Assembly: GCF_006345805.1 (NCBI RefSeq)
Contig: NC_043006.1
Span: forward strand, 186,001 to 250,000
DNA length: 64,000 nucleotides
Source of the DNA: Octopus sinensis
Lineage: Eukaryota
Reading direction: 5' to 3'
Below the pieces are notes generated by a model. That model ran no database searches, was not told the origin of the DNA, and was given only the letters and a program-made list of their open reading frames with translations. Made by a program: the position numbers and the translations under genes. Positions 39,001-55,826 of the stretch are shown here, piece by piece; the first letter of the stretch is position 1, and each line of letters begins with the position of its first letter.

Positions 39001-42000
39001 ACAGTACCTTAACATTGTAATTATGGTACTATATACACAAACATTTTGTCCATACAGTACCTTAACATAGTACGATAGTCCCATATACACAACCATTTTG
39101 TCCACACAGTACCTTAACATTGTACCATGGTACCATATACACAAATATTTTGTCCACACAGTACCTTAACATTGTACTTTGGTACCATATACACAAACAT
39201 TTTGTCCATACGGTACCTTAACATTGTACTATGGTACCATATACACAAATATTTTGTCCATACAGTACATTAACATTGTACTATGGTACCATATACAAAG
39301 AAATTTTGTCCATACAGTACCTTAACATTGTACCATGGTACCATATACACAAAAATTTTGTCCATACGTTACCTTAACATTGTACTATGGTACCATATAC
39401 ACAAATATTTTGTCCACACAGTACCTTAACATTGTACTTTGGTACCATATACAGAAACATTTTGTCCATAAGGTACCTTAACATTGTACTATGGTACCAT
39501 ATACACAAACATTTTGTCTGCACAGTACCTTAACATTGTACCATAGTACCATATACACAAACATTTTGCCCACACAGTACCTTAACATTGTACCATAGTA
39601 CCATATTCACAACCATTTTGTCCATACAGTACCTAAACATTGTACCATGGTACCATATACACAAACATTTTGTCCATACAGTACCTTGACATAGTACCAT
39701 ATACAAAAACATTTTGTCCACACAGTACCTTAACATTGTACTATGGTACCATATAAACAAACATTTTGTCCATACCGTACCTTAACATTGTACTATAGTA
39801 TCATATACACAAACATTTTGTCCATATGGTACCTTAACATTATACGATGTTACCATATACACAAATATTTTGTCCATACAGTACCTTAACATAGTACCAT
39901 ATACACAAACATTTTGTCCACACAGTACCTTAACATTGTACTATGGAACCATATACACAAACATTTTGTCCACACAGTACCTTAACATTGTAGCATGGTA
40001 CCATATACACAAACATTTTGTCCATTCGGAACCTTAACATTGCATCATAGTACCATATACACAAACATTTTGTCCATACAGTACCTTAACAGTGTACCAT
40101 GGTACCATATACACAAACATTTTTTTCCATACAGTACCTTAACATTGTACCATAGTACCATATACACAAACATTTGCTTCATACAGTACCTTAACATTGT
40201 ACCGTAGTACCATTTAAACAAACATTTTGTCCACACAGTACCTTAAAATTGTACTATGGTACCATATACACAAACATTTTCTCCACACAGTACCTTAACA
40301 TTGTACTTGTGGTACTATATACACAAACATTTTGTGCATACAGTACCTTAACATTGTACTATGGTACCATATACACAAACATTTTGTCCATACAGTACCT
40401 TAACATTGTACTTATGGTACCATATACACAAACATTTTGTCTATACGGGACCTCAACATTGTACCATGGTACCATATACACAAATATTTTGTCAACACAG
40501 TACCTTAACATTGTACTTTGGTACCATGTACACAAACATTTTGTCCATACGGTACCTTAACATTGTACTATGGTACCATATACACAAAGATTTTGCCCAC
40601 ACAGTACCTTAACATTGTTCTATGGTACCATATACACAAACATTTTGTCCATACGGTACCTTAACATTGTACTATGGTACCATATACACAAATATTTTGT
40701 CCATACAGTACATTAACATTGTACTATGGTACCATATACACAAACATTTTGTCCATACAGTACCTTAACGTTGTACTATGGTATCATATACACAAACATT
40801 TTGTCCATACAGTACCTTAACATTATAAACATTACATAGTACCATATACACATATATTTTGTCCACACAGTACCCTAACATTGTACCATGGTACCATATA
40901 CACAAACATTTTGTCCATACAGTACCTTAACATTGTACCATGGTACCATATACACAAACATTTTGTCCATACAGTACCTTAACATTGTACTATGGTACCA
41001 TATACACAAACATTTTGTCCATACAGTACCTTAACATTGTATTATGGTACCATATACACAAACATTTTGGCCATACGGTATCTTAACATTATACTATGGT
41101 ACCATATACACAAATATTTTGTCCATACAGTACCTTAACATTGTACTATGGTATCATATACACAAACATTTTGTCCATACAGTACCTTAACATTGTACTA
41201 TGGTACCATATACACAAACATTTTGTCCACACAGTACCTTAACATTGTACCATGGTACCATATACACAAACATTTTGTCCATACGGTACTTTAACATTGT
41301 ACTATGGTACCATATACAGAAATATTTTGTCCCCACAGTACCTTAACATTATACTTTGGTACCATATACACAAACATTTTGTCCATACGGTACCTTAACA
41401 TTGTACTATGGTACCATATACACAAACATTTTGTCCATACCGTACCTTAACATTGTACTATGGTATCATATACACAAACATTTTGTCCATACGGTACCAT
41501 ATACACAAACATTCTGTCCATACAGTACCTGAACATAGTACCATATGCACAAACATCTTGTCCACACAGTACCTTAACATTATACTATGGTACCATATAC
41601 ACAAACATTTTGTCCATGCAGTACCTTAACATTGTACTATGGTACCATATACACAAACATTTTGTCCATACAGTACCTTAACATTGTACTATGGTACCAT
41701 ATACAAACATTTTGTACATACGGTACCTTAACATTGTACCATGGTACCATATACGCAAACATTTTGTCCATACGGTACCTTAACATTGTACCATAGTACC
41801 ATATACACAAATATTTTGTCCATACAGTACCTTAACATTGAACCATGGTACCATATACACAAATATTTTGTCCATACAGTACCTTAACATTGTATGTACC
41901 ATAGTACCAACATATTTTGTCCACACAGTACCTTAACATTGTACTATGGTACCATATACACAAACATTTTGTCCATACAGTACCTTAACATTGTACTTAT

Positions 42001-45000
42001 GGTACCATATACACAAACATTTTGTCCATACAGTACCTCAACATTGTACTATGGTACCATATACACAAACATTTTGTCCACACAGTACCTTAACATTGTA
42101 CGATAGTACCATATACACAAACATTTTGTCTATACGGGACCTCAACATTGTACCATGGTACCATATACACAAATATTTTGTCAACACAGTACCTTAACAT
42201 TGTACTTTGGTACCATGTACACAAACATTTTCTCCATACGGTACCTTAACATTGTACTATGGTACCATATACACAAAGATTTTGCCCACACAGTACCTTA
42301 ACATTGTTCTATGGTACCATATACACAAACATTTTGTCCATACGGTACCTTAACATTGTACTATGGTACCATATACACAAACATTTTGTCCATACAGTAC
42401 CTTAACATTGTACTATAGTACCATATACGCAAACATTTTGTCCATACAGTACCTTAACATTGTACCATAGTAGCATATACACAAACATTTTGCCCTAACA
42501 GTACCTTCACATTGTACCATAGTAACATATACACAAACATTTTGTCCAAACAGTACCTTAACATTGTACCATGGTATCATATACACAAACATTTTATCCA
42601 TATGGTACCTTAACATTGTACTATGGTACCATATACACAAACATTTTGTCCATACGGTACCGTACAATATACACAAACATTTTGTCCATACGGTACCTTA
42701 ACATGATACCATTTACACAAACATTTTCTCCATACGGAACCTTAACATTGTACTATGGTACCATATACACAAACATTTTGTCCATACAGTACCTTAACAT
42801 TGTACCATAGTACCATATACACATACAATTTGCCCACACAGTACCTTAACATTGTACTATGGTACCATATACACATACATTTTGTCCATACGGTACCTTA
42901 ACATTGTACTATGGTACCATATACAAAAACATTTTGCCCACACAGTACCTTAACATTATACCATAGTACCATATACACGAACATTTTGCCCACACAGTAC
43001 CTTAACATTGTACCATAGTACCATATACACAAACATTTTGTCCATACGGTACCTTAACATTGTAGTATGGTACCATATACACAAACATTTTGTCCATACG
43101 GTACCTTAACATTGTACTATGGTACCATATACACAAACATTTTGTCCATACAGTACCTTAACATTGTACCATAGTACCATATACACAAACATTTTGTCCA
43201 TACAGTACCTTAACATTGTACCATAGTACCATATGCACAAACATTTAATCCATACAGTACCTTAACATTGTAACATAGTACCATATACGCAAACATTTTT
43301 GTCCGTACAAGACCTTAACATTAGACCATGGTACCATATACACAAACATTTTGTCCATATAGTACCTTACCATAGTACAATATACAAAAACATTTTGTCC
43401 ACACAGTACCTTAACATTGTACTATGGTGCCATATACAAAAACATTTTGTTCATACAGTACCTTAACGTTGTACTATGGTAACATATACACAAACATTTT
43501 GTCCATACAGGACCTTTACATTACAAACATTACATAGTACCATATACACATACATTTTGTCCACACAGTACCCTAACATTGTACCATGGTACCATATACA
43601 CAAACATTTTGTCCATACAGTACCTTAACATTGTACTATGGTACCATATACACAAACATTTTGTCCGCACAGTACCTCAACATTGTACTATGGTACCATA
43701 TACACAAACATTTTGTCCACACAGTACCTTAACATTGTACGATAGTACCATATACACAAAAATTTTGTCTATACGGGACGTCAACATTGTACCATGGTAC
43801 CATATACACAAAAATTTTGTCAACACAGTACCTTAACATTGTACTTTGGTACCATGTACACAAACATTTTGTCCATACGGTACCTTAACATTGTACTATG
43901 GTACCATATACACAAAGATTTTGCCCACACAGTACCTTAACATTGTTCTATGGTACCATATACACAAACATTTTGTCCATACGGTACCTTAACATTGTAC
44001 TATGGTACCATATACACAAATATTTTGTCCATACAGTACATTAACATTGTACTATGGTACCATATACACAAACATTTTGTCCATACAGTACCTTAACATT
44101 GTACTATAGTACCATATACACAAACATTTTGTCCATACAGTACCTTAACATTGTACCATAGTAGCATATACACAAACATTTTGCCCTGACAGTACCTTCA
44201 CATTGTACCATAGTAACATATACACAAACATTTTGTCCAAACAGTACCTTAACATTGTACCATGGTACCATATACACAAACATTTTATCCATATGGTACC
44301 TTAACATTGTACTATGGTACCATATACACAAACATTTTGTCCATACGGTACCGTACCATGGTACCATATACACAAACATTTTGTCCATACGGTACCTTAA
44401 CATGGTACCATTTACACAAACATTTTGTCCATACGGAACCTTAACATTGTACTATGGTACCATATACACAAACATTTTGTCCATACAGTACCTTAACATT
44501 GTACCATAGTACCATTTACACATACATTTTGCCCACACAGTACCTTAACATTGTACTATGGTACCATATACACATACATTTTGTCCATACGGTACCTTAA
44601 CATTGTACTATGGTACCATATACAAAAACATTTTGCCCACACAGTACCTTAACATTATACCATAGTACCATATACACGAACATTTTGCCCACACAGTACC
44701 TTAACATTGTACCATAGTACCATATACACAAACATTTTGTCCATACGGTACCTTAACATTGTAGTATGGTACCATATACACAAACATTTTGTCCATACGG
44801 TACATTAACATTGTACTATGGTACCATATACACAAACATTTTGTCCATACAGTACCTTAACATTGTACCATAGTACCATATACACAAACATTTTGTCCAT
44901 ACACTACCTTAACATTGTACCATAGTACCATATGCACAAACATTTAATCCATACAGTACCTTAACATTGTAACATAGTACCATATACACAAACATTTTGT

Positions 45001-48000
45001 CCATACAGTACCTTAACATTGTACCATGGTACCATATACACAAACATTTTGTCCATACAGTACCTTAACATTGTACTATGGTACCATATACACAAACATT
45101 TTGTCCATACAGTACCTTAACATTGTACTATGGTACCATATACACAAACATTTTGGCCATACAGTATCTTAACATTATACTATGGTACCATATACACAAA
45201 TATTTTGTCCATACAGTACCTTAACATTGTACTATGGTATCATATACACAAACATTTTGTCCATACAGTACCTTAACATTGTACTATGGTACCATATACA
45301 CAAACATTTTGTCCACACAGTACCTTAACATTGTACCATGGTACCATATACACAAACATTTTGTCCATACGGTACCTTAACATTGTACTATGGTACCATA
45401 TACAGAAATATTTTGTCCACACAGTACCTTAACATTATACTATGGTACCATATACACAAACATTTTGTCCATACGGTACCTTAACATTGTACTATGGTAC
45501 CATATACACAAATTTTGTCCATACCGTACCTTAACATTGTACTATGGTATCATATACACAAACATTTTGTCCATACGGTACCATATACACAAACATTCTG
45601 TCCATACAGTACCTGAACATAGTACCATATGCACAAACATCTTGTCCACACAGTACCTTAACATTATACTATGGTACCATATACACAAACATTTTATCCA
45701 TGCAGTACCTTAACATTGTACTATGGTACCATATACACAAACATTTTGTCCATACAGTACCTTAACATTGTACTATGGTACCATATACAAACATTTTGTA
45801 CATACGGTACCTTAACATTGTACTATGGTACCATATACACAAACATTTTGTCCCCACAGTACCTTAACATTGTACCATGGTACCATATACGCAAACATTT
45901 TGTCCATACGGTACCTTAACATTGTACCATAGTACCATATACACAAACATTTTGTCCATACAGTACCTTAACATTGAACCATGGTACCATATACACAAAT
46001 ATTTTGTCCATACAGTACCTTAACATTGTACTATGGTACCATATACACAAACATTTTGTCCATACAGGACCTTAACATTATAAACATTACATAGTACCAT
46101 ATACACATATATTTTGTCCACACAGTACCCTAACATTGTACCATGGTACCATATACACAAACATTTTGTCCATACAGTACCTTAACATTGTACCATGGTA
46201 CCATATACACAAACATTTTGTCCATACAGTACCTTAACATTGTACTATGGTACCATATACACAAACATTTTGTCCATACAGTACCTTAACATTGTATTAT
46301 GGTACCATATACACAAACATTTTGGCCATACGGTATCTTAACATTATACTATGGTACCATATACACAAATATTTTGTCCATACAGTACCTTAACATTGTA
46401 CTATGGTATCATATACACAAACATTTTGTCCATACAGTACCTTAACATTGTACTATGGTACCATATACACAAACATTTTGTCCACACAGTACCTTAACAT
46501 TGTACCATGGTACCATATACACAAACATTTTGTCCATACGGTACTTTAACATTGTACTATGGTACCATATACAGAAATATTTTGTCCACACAGTACCTTA
46601 ACATTATACTTTGGTACCATATACACAAACATTTTGTCCATACGGTACCTTAACATTGTACTATGGTACCATATACACAAACATTTTGTCCATACCGTAC
46701 CTTAACATTGTACTATGGTATCATATACACAAACATTTTGTCCATACGGTACCATATACACAAACATTCTGTCCATACAGTACCTGAACATAGTACCATA
46801 TGCACAAACATCTTGTCCACACAGTACCTTAACATTATACTATGGTACCATATACACAAACATTTTGTCCATGCAGTACCTTAACATTGTACTATGGTAC
46901 CATATACACAAACATTTTGTCCATACAGTACCTTAACATTGTACTATTGTACCATATACACACATTTTGTACATACGGTACCTTAACATTGTACCATGGT
47001 ACCATATACGCAAACATTTTGTCCATACGGTACCTTAACATTGTACCATAGTACCATATACACAAATATTTTGTCCATACTGTACCTTAACATTGAACCA
47101 TGGTACCATATACACAAATATTTTGTCCATACAGTACCTTAACATTGTACCATAGTACCATATGAACAAATATTTTGTCCACACAGTACCTTAACATTGT
47201 ACTATGGTACCATATACACAAACATTTTGTCCATACAGTACCTTCACATTGTACTTATGGTACCATATACACAAACATTTTGTCCATACAGTACCTCAAC
47301 ATTGTACTATGGTACCATATACACAAACATTTTGTCCACACAGTACCTTAACATTGTACGATAGTACCATATACACAAACATTTTGTCTATACGGGACCT
47401 CAACATTGTACCATGGTACCATATACACAATATTTGTCAACACAGTACCTTAACATTGTACTTTGGTACCATGTACACAAACATTTTCTCCATACGGTAC
47501 CTTAACATTGTACTATGGTACCATATACACAATTTTGCCCACAGTACCTTAACATTGTTCTATGGTACCATATACACAAACATTTTGTCCATACAGTACC
47601 TTAACATTGTACTATGGTACCATATACACAAACATTTTGTCCATACAGTACCTTAACATTGTACTATAGTACCATATACGCAAACATTTTGTCCATACAG
47701 TACCTTAACATTGTACCATAGTAGCATATACACAAACATTTTGCCCTAACAGTACCTTCACATTGTACCATTGTAACATATACACAAACATTTTGTCCAA
47801 ACAGTACCTTAACATTGTACCATGGTATCATATACACAAACATTTTATCCATATGGTACCTTAACATTGTACTATGGTACCATATACACAAACATTTTGT
47901 CCATACGGTACCGTACCATGGTACCATATACACAACATTTTGTCCATACGGTACCTTAACATGGTACCATTTACACAAACATTTTGTCCATACGGAACCT

Positions 48001-51000
48001 TAACATTGTACTATGGTACCATATACACAAACATTTTGTCCATACAGTACCTAAACATTGTACCATAGTACCATTTACACATACATTTTGCCCACACAGT
48101 ACCTTAACATTGTACTATGGTACCATATACACATACATTTTGTCCATACGGTACCTTAACATTGTACTATGGTACCATATACAAAAACATTTTGCCCACA
48201 CAGTACCTTAACATTATACCATAGTACCATATACACGAACATTTGCCCACACAGTACCTTAACATTGTACCATAGTACCATATACACAAACATTTTGTCC
48301 ATACGGTACCTTAACATTGTAGTATGGTACCATATACACAAACATTTTGTCCATACGGTACATTAACATTGTACTATGGTACCATATACACAAACATTTT
48401 GTCCATACAGTACCTTAACATTGTACCATAGTACCATATACACAAACATTTTGTCCATACACTACCTTAACATTGTACCATAGTACCATATGCACAAACA
48501 TTTAATCCATACAGTACCTTAACATTGTAACATAGTACCATATACACAAACATTTTGTCCATACAGTACCTTAACATTGTACCATGGTACCATATACACA
48601 AACATTTTGTCCATACAGTACCTTAACATTGTAGTATGGTACCATATACACAAACATTTTGGCCATACAGTATCTTAACATTATACTATGGTACCATATA
48701 CACAATATTTTGTCCATACAGTACCTTAACAAATGTACTATGGTACATATACACAAACATTTTGTCCATACAGTACCTTAACATTGTACTATGGTACCAT
48801 ATACACAAACATTTTGTCCACACAGTACCTTAACATTGTACCATGGTACCATATACACAAACATTTTGTCCATACGGTACCTTAACATTGTACTATGGTA
48901 CCATATACAGAAATATTTTCTCCACACAGTACCTTAACATTATACTTTGGTACCATATACACAAACATTTTGTCCATACGGTACCTTAACATTGTACTAT
49001 GGTACCATATACACAAATATTTTGTCCATACCGTACCTTAACATTGTACTATGGTATCATATACACAAACATTTTGTCCATACGGTACCATATACACAAA
49101 CATTCTGTCCATACAGTACCTGAACATAGTACCATATGCACAAACATCTTGTCCACACAGTACCTTAACATTATACTAGGTACCATATACACAACTTTTG
49201 TCCATGCAGTACCTTAACATTGTACTATGGTACCATATACACAAACATTTTGTCCATACAGTACCTTAACATTGTACTATGGTACCATATACAAACATTT
49301 TGTACATACGGTACCTTAACATTGTACTATGGTACCATATACACAAACATTTTGTCCCCACAGTACCTTAACATTGTACCATGGTACCATATACGCAAAC
49401 ATTTTGTCCATACGGTACCTTAACATTGTACCATAGTACCATATACACAAACATTTTGTCCATACAGTACCTTAACATTGAACCATGGTACCATATACAC
49501 AAATATTTTGTCCATACAGTACCCTAACATTGTACCATAGTACCATATGAACAAATATTTTGTCCACACAGTACCTTAACATTGTACCATGGTACCATAT
49601 ACACAAACATTTTGTCCATACAGTACCTTAACATTGTACTTATGGTACCATATACACAAACATTTTGTCCATACAGTACCTCAACATTGTACTATGGTAC
49701 CATATACACAAACATTTTGTCCACACAGTACCTTAACATTGTACGATAGTACCATATACACAAACATTTTGTCTATACGGGACGTCAACATTGTACCATG
49801 GTACCATATACACAAATATTTTGTCAACACAGTACCTTAACATTGTACTTTGGTACCATGTACACAAACATTTTGTCCATACGGTACCTTAACATTGTAC
49901 TATGGTACCATATACACAAACATTTTGTCCATACAGTACCTTAACATTGTACTATGGTACCATATACACAAACATTTTGTTCATACAGTACCTTAACATT
50001 GTACTATGGTACCATATACACAAACATTTTGTCCATACAGTACCTTGACATTATACTATGGTACCATATACACAAATATTTTGTCCATACAGTACCTTAA
50101 CATTGTACTATGGTACCATATACACAAACATTTTGTCCATACAGTACCTTAACATTGTACTATGGTACCATATACACAAAAATTTTGTCCATACGGTACC
50201 TTAACATTGTACTATGGTACCATATACACAAACATTTTGTCCATACAGTACCTTAACATTGTACTATGGTACCATATACACAAACATTTTGTCCACACAG
50301 TACCTTAACATTGTACTATGGTACCATATACACAAACATTTTGTCCATACGGTACCTTAACATTGTACTATGGTACCATATACACAAACATTTTGTCCAT
50401 ACAGTACCTTAACATTGTACTATGGTACCATATACACAAACATTTTTTCCATACGGTACCTTAACATTGTACTATCGTACCATATACAAACATTTTGTTC
50501 ATACGGTACCTCAACATTGTACTATGGTACCATATACACAAACATTTTGTCCATACAGTACCTTAACATTGTACCATGGTACCATATACACAAACATTTT
50601 GTCCATACAGTACCTTAACATTGTACTAAGGTAACATATACACAAACATTTTGTCCATACAGGACCTTAACATTGTACTATGGTACCATATACACAAACA
50701 TTTTGTCCATACAGTACCTTAACATTGTACTATGGTACCATATACACAAACATTTTGTCCATACAGGTACCTTAACATTATACCATGGTACCATATACAC
50801 AAACATTTTGTCCATACAGTACCTTAACTTTGTACTATGGTACCATATACACAAACATTTTGTCCATACGGTACCTTAACATTGTACTATGGTACCATAT
50901 ACACAAACATTTTGTCCATACAGTACCTTAACATGGTACCATATACATAACAAACATTTTGCCCACACAGTACCTTAACATTGTACTATGGTACCATACA

Positions 51001-54000
51001 CAAATATTTTGTCCATACAGTACCTTAACATTCTACTATGGTACCATATACACAAACATATTGTCCATACCGTACCTTAACATTGTACTATGGTACCATA
51101 TACACAAACATTTTGTCCATACAGTACCTTAACATTGTACTATGGTACCATATACACAAACATTTTGTCCATACAGTACCTTAACACATGGTACCATATA
51201 CACAAACATTTTGTCCATACAGTACCTTAACATTGTACTATGGTACCATATACACAAACATTTTGTCCATACAGTACCTTAACATTGTACTATGGTACCA
51301 TATACACAAACATTTTGTGCATACAGTACCTTAACATGGTACTATGGTACCATATACACAAACATTTTGTCCATACAGGACGTTAACATTACAAACATTA
51401 CATAGTACCATATACACATACATTTTGTCCACACAGTACCCTAACATTGTACCATGGTACCATATACACAAACATTTTGTCCATACAGTACCTTAACATT
51501 GTACTATGGTACCATATACACAACCATTTTGTCCATACAGTACCTTAACATTGTACTATGGTACCATATACACAAACATTTTGTCCATACAGTACCTTAA
51601 CATTGTACTATGGTACCATATACACAAACATTTTGTCCATACAGTACCTTAACATTATACTATGGTACCATATACACAAATATTTTGTCCATACAGTACC
51701 TTAACATTGTACTATGGTACCATATACACAAACATTTTGTCCATACAGTACCTTAACATTGTACTATGGTACCATATACACAAACATGTTGTCCATACGG
51801 TACCTTAACATTGTACTATGGTACCATATACACAAACATTTTGTCCATACAGTACCTCAACATTGTACTATGGTACCATATACACAAACATTTTGTCCAC
51901 ACAGTACCTTAACATTGTACTATGGTACCTTATACACAAACATTTTGTCCATACGGTACCTTAACATAGTACTATGGTACCATATGCACAAACATTTTGT
52001 CCATACAGTACCTTAACATTGTACTATGGTACCATATACCAAACATTTTCCATACGGTACCTTAACATTGTACTATCGTACCATATACAAACATTTTGTT
52101 CATACGGTACCTCAACATTGTACTATGGTACCATATACACAAACATTTTGTCCATAGAGTACCTTAACATTATGCCATGGTACCATATACACAAACATTT
52201 TGTCCATACAGTACTTTAACATTGTACGAAGGTAACATATACACAAACATTTTGTCCATACAGGACCTTAACATTGTACTATGGTACCATATACACAAAC
52301 ATTTTGTCCATACAGTACCTTAACATTGTACTATGGTACCATATACACAAACATTTTGTCCATACGGTACCTTAACATTATACCATGGTACCATATACAC
52401 AAACATTTTGTCCATACAGTACCTTAACATGGTACCATATACATAAACATTTTGCCCACACAGTACCTTAACATTGTACTATGGTACCATATACACAAAT
52501 ATTTTGTCCATACAGTACCTTAACATTCTACTATGGTACCATATACACAAACATATTGTCCATACCGTACCTTAACATTGTACTATGGTACCATATACAC
52601 AAACATTTTGTCCATACAGTACCTTAACATTGTACTATGGTACCATATACACAAACATTTTATCCATACAGTACCTTAACATGGTACCATATACACAAAC
52701 ATTTTGTCCATACAGTACCTTAACATTGTACTATGGTACCATATACACAAACATTTTGTCCATACAGTACCTTAACATTGTACTATGGTACCATATACAC
52801 AAACATTTTGTCCATACAGTACCTTAACATTGTACTATGGTACCATATACACAAACATTTTGTGCATACAGTACCTTAGCATGGTACTATGGTACCATAT
52901 ACACAAACATTTTGTCCATACAGGACGTTAACATTACAAACATTACATAGTACCATATACACATACATTTTGTCCACACAGTACCCTAACATTGTACCAT
53001 GGTACCATATACACAAACATTTTGTCCATACAGTACCTTAACATTGTACTATGGTACCATATACACAACCATTTTGTCCATACAGTACCTTAACATTGTA
53101 CTATGGTACCATATACACAAACATTTTGTCCATACAGTACCTTAACATTGTACTATGGTACCATATACACAAACATTTTGTCCATACAGTACCTTAACAT
53201 TATACTATGGTACCATATACACAAATATTTTGTCCATACAGTACCTTAACATTGTACTATGGTACCATATACACAAACATTTTGTCCATACAGTACCTTA
53301 ACATTGTACTATGGTACCATATACACAAACATGTTGTCCATACGGTACCTTAACATTGTACTATGGTACCATATACACAAACATTTTGTCCATACAGTAC
53401 CTCAACATTGTACTATGGTACCATATACACAAACATTTTGTCCACACAGTACCTTAACATTGTACTATGGTACCATATACACAAACATTTTGTCCATACG
53501 GTACCTTAACATAGTACTATGGTACCATATACACAAACATTTTGTCCATACAGTACCTTAACATTGTACTATGGTACCATATACCCAAACATTTTGTCCA
53601 TACGGTACCTTAACATTGTACTATCGTACCATATACAAACATTTTGTTCATACGGTACCTCAACATTGTACTATGGTACCATATACACAAACATTTTGTC
53701 CATAGAGTACCTTAACATTATGCCATGGTACCATATACACAAACATTTTGTCCATACAGTACTTTAACATTGTACGAAGGTAACATATACACAAACATTT
53801 TGTCCATACAGGACCTTAACATTGTACTATGGTACCATATACACAAACATTTTGTCCATACAGTACCTTAACATTGTACTATGGTACCATATACACAAAC
53901 ATTTTGTCCATACGGTACCTTAACATTATACCATGGTACCATATACACAAACATTTTGTCCATACAGTACCTTGACTTTGTACTATGGTACCATATACAC

Positions 54001-54885
54001 AAACATTTTGTCCATACGGTACCTTAACATTGTACTATGGTACCATATACACAAACATTTTGTCCATACAGTACCTTAACATGGTACCATATACATAAAC
54101 ATTTTGCCCACACAGTACCTTAACATTGTACTATGGTACCATATACACAAACATTTTGTCCATACAGTACCTTAACATTCTACTATGGTACCATATACAC
54201 AAACATATTGTCCATACAGTACCTTAACATTGTACTATGGTACCATATACACAAACATTTTGTCCATACAGTACCTTAACATTGTACTATGGTACCATAT
54301 ACACAAACATTTTATCCATACAGTACCTTAACATGGTACCATATACACAAACATTTTGTCCATACAGTACCTTAACATTGTACTATGGTACCATATACAC
54401 AAACATTTTGCCACACAGTACCTTAACATTGTACTATGGTACCATATACACAAACATTTTGTCCATACAGTACCTTAACATTGTACTATGGTACCATATA
54501 CACAAACATTTTGTCCATACAGTACCTTAACATTGTACTATGGTACCATATACACAAACATTTTGTGCATACAGTACCTTAGCATGGTACTATGTTACCA
54601 TATACACAAACATTTTGTCCATACAGTACCTTAACATTGTACTATGGTACCATATACACAAACATTTTGTCCATACAGTACCTTAACATTGTACCATAGT
54701 ACCATATACACAAACATTTTGTCCATACAGTACCTTAACATGGTACCATAGTACCATATACACAAACATTTTGTCCATACAGTACCTTAACATTGTAATA
54801 TGGTACCATATACACAAACATTTTGTTCTTAGAGTACCTTAACATTGTACCATGGTACCATATACACAAACACAGAGCCTTAACA
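30089..54885. repeat. ~24.8-kb tandem satellite, 52-bp monomer (roughly 480 units), intronic in LDHD
   Basis: Consensus ccatatacacaaacattttgtccatacagtaccttaacattgtactatggta, with recurrent 44-bp and 31-bp deletion monomers. Confidence 0.98.
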
Positions 54886-55826
54886 TTCCACTGTGGGAAA
54901 CTTAGCACAATTATGCAACCAAGTTTTCCTCAAATCACAAAAAAAAAGAAGAATAGATCAGAAAGTATGTACAAAATGTAGGAAAATTAGAGAAGATATC
55001 AGGAACATTAGGCTCCATAGTAGGAAGCTGGATTTTTATGTTAGATATGGGATGGAATTGAGAAGGCTAGCAGATAAGGGAGATGTTTAGAGTGGAGGAT
55101 AGCAGAGGTGGAGGAGAGCAATGGCTGAAGGCAGAGGCAGGAAGTTACGAGTTGAGAGGGTGGGTAAGGATAATGAGGAAAAGAAGCAGTTCTGAGAGTC
55201 GATCAGATGTAATCATCATCATCATCATCATCATATAACCTCCAGTTTTCATGCTGGCATGGGTTGAACAGTTCGACTGGGGTCTGGGAAGCCTGAAGGC
55301 TGCACCAGTCTTCAATTTTATTGAATAAATTTACTCTTTGATATTTTCAGATATTTTTATGTAATTTTGGTAAATATATCTGTTAAAATGAGATGTCAGG
55401 GTTATTTTCAATTCTTGTGTAATTTAGATTACAGTTTATTCACCACACCCTGTATATGTATATATATATATAGAATATATATATATATATATTCTCTCTA
55501 TATATATATTAATATATGATGATGATGATGATGATATAGTTAGCTTATTTAATATATATTAATAATATAGTTAGCTTATTTAATGAGTTTGTCTATATTT
55601 GAACCATTTCTTATTTTGATTATATTATTAATAGCTTGTACTAGCATTGTGTATATTAATAAATTTTAAAGTATTGTATAATTTAAGTATTGTTATTAGT
55701 TTTCACTTAATGTATATTTAGTATCTTTTATATATATATATATATTTTAAAGAATATACTTATATTTTAAAATACTTTTTTTGTATATATTTATTAATTA
55801 ATTTTTTTATTATTCTAGCTTATTTT

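Noticed and set aside
30089-54885. CRISPR-like array or repeat-protein gene (MVPYTQTFCPYSTLTLYYGT ORFs)
   Set aside because: There are no unique spacers and no cas genes, the context is eukaryotic, and the 52-bp unit cycles frames and contains stops.
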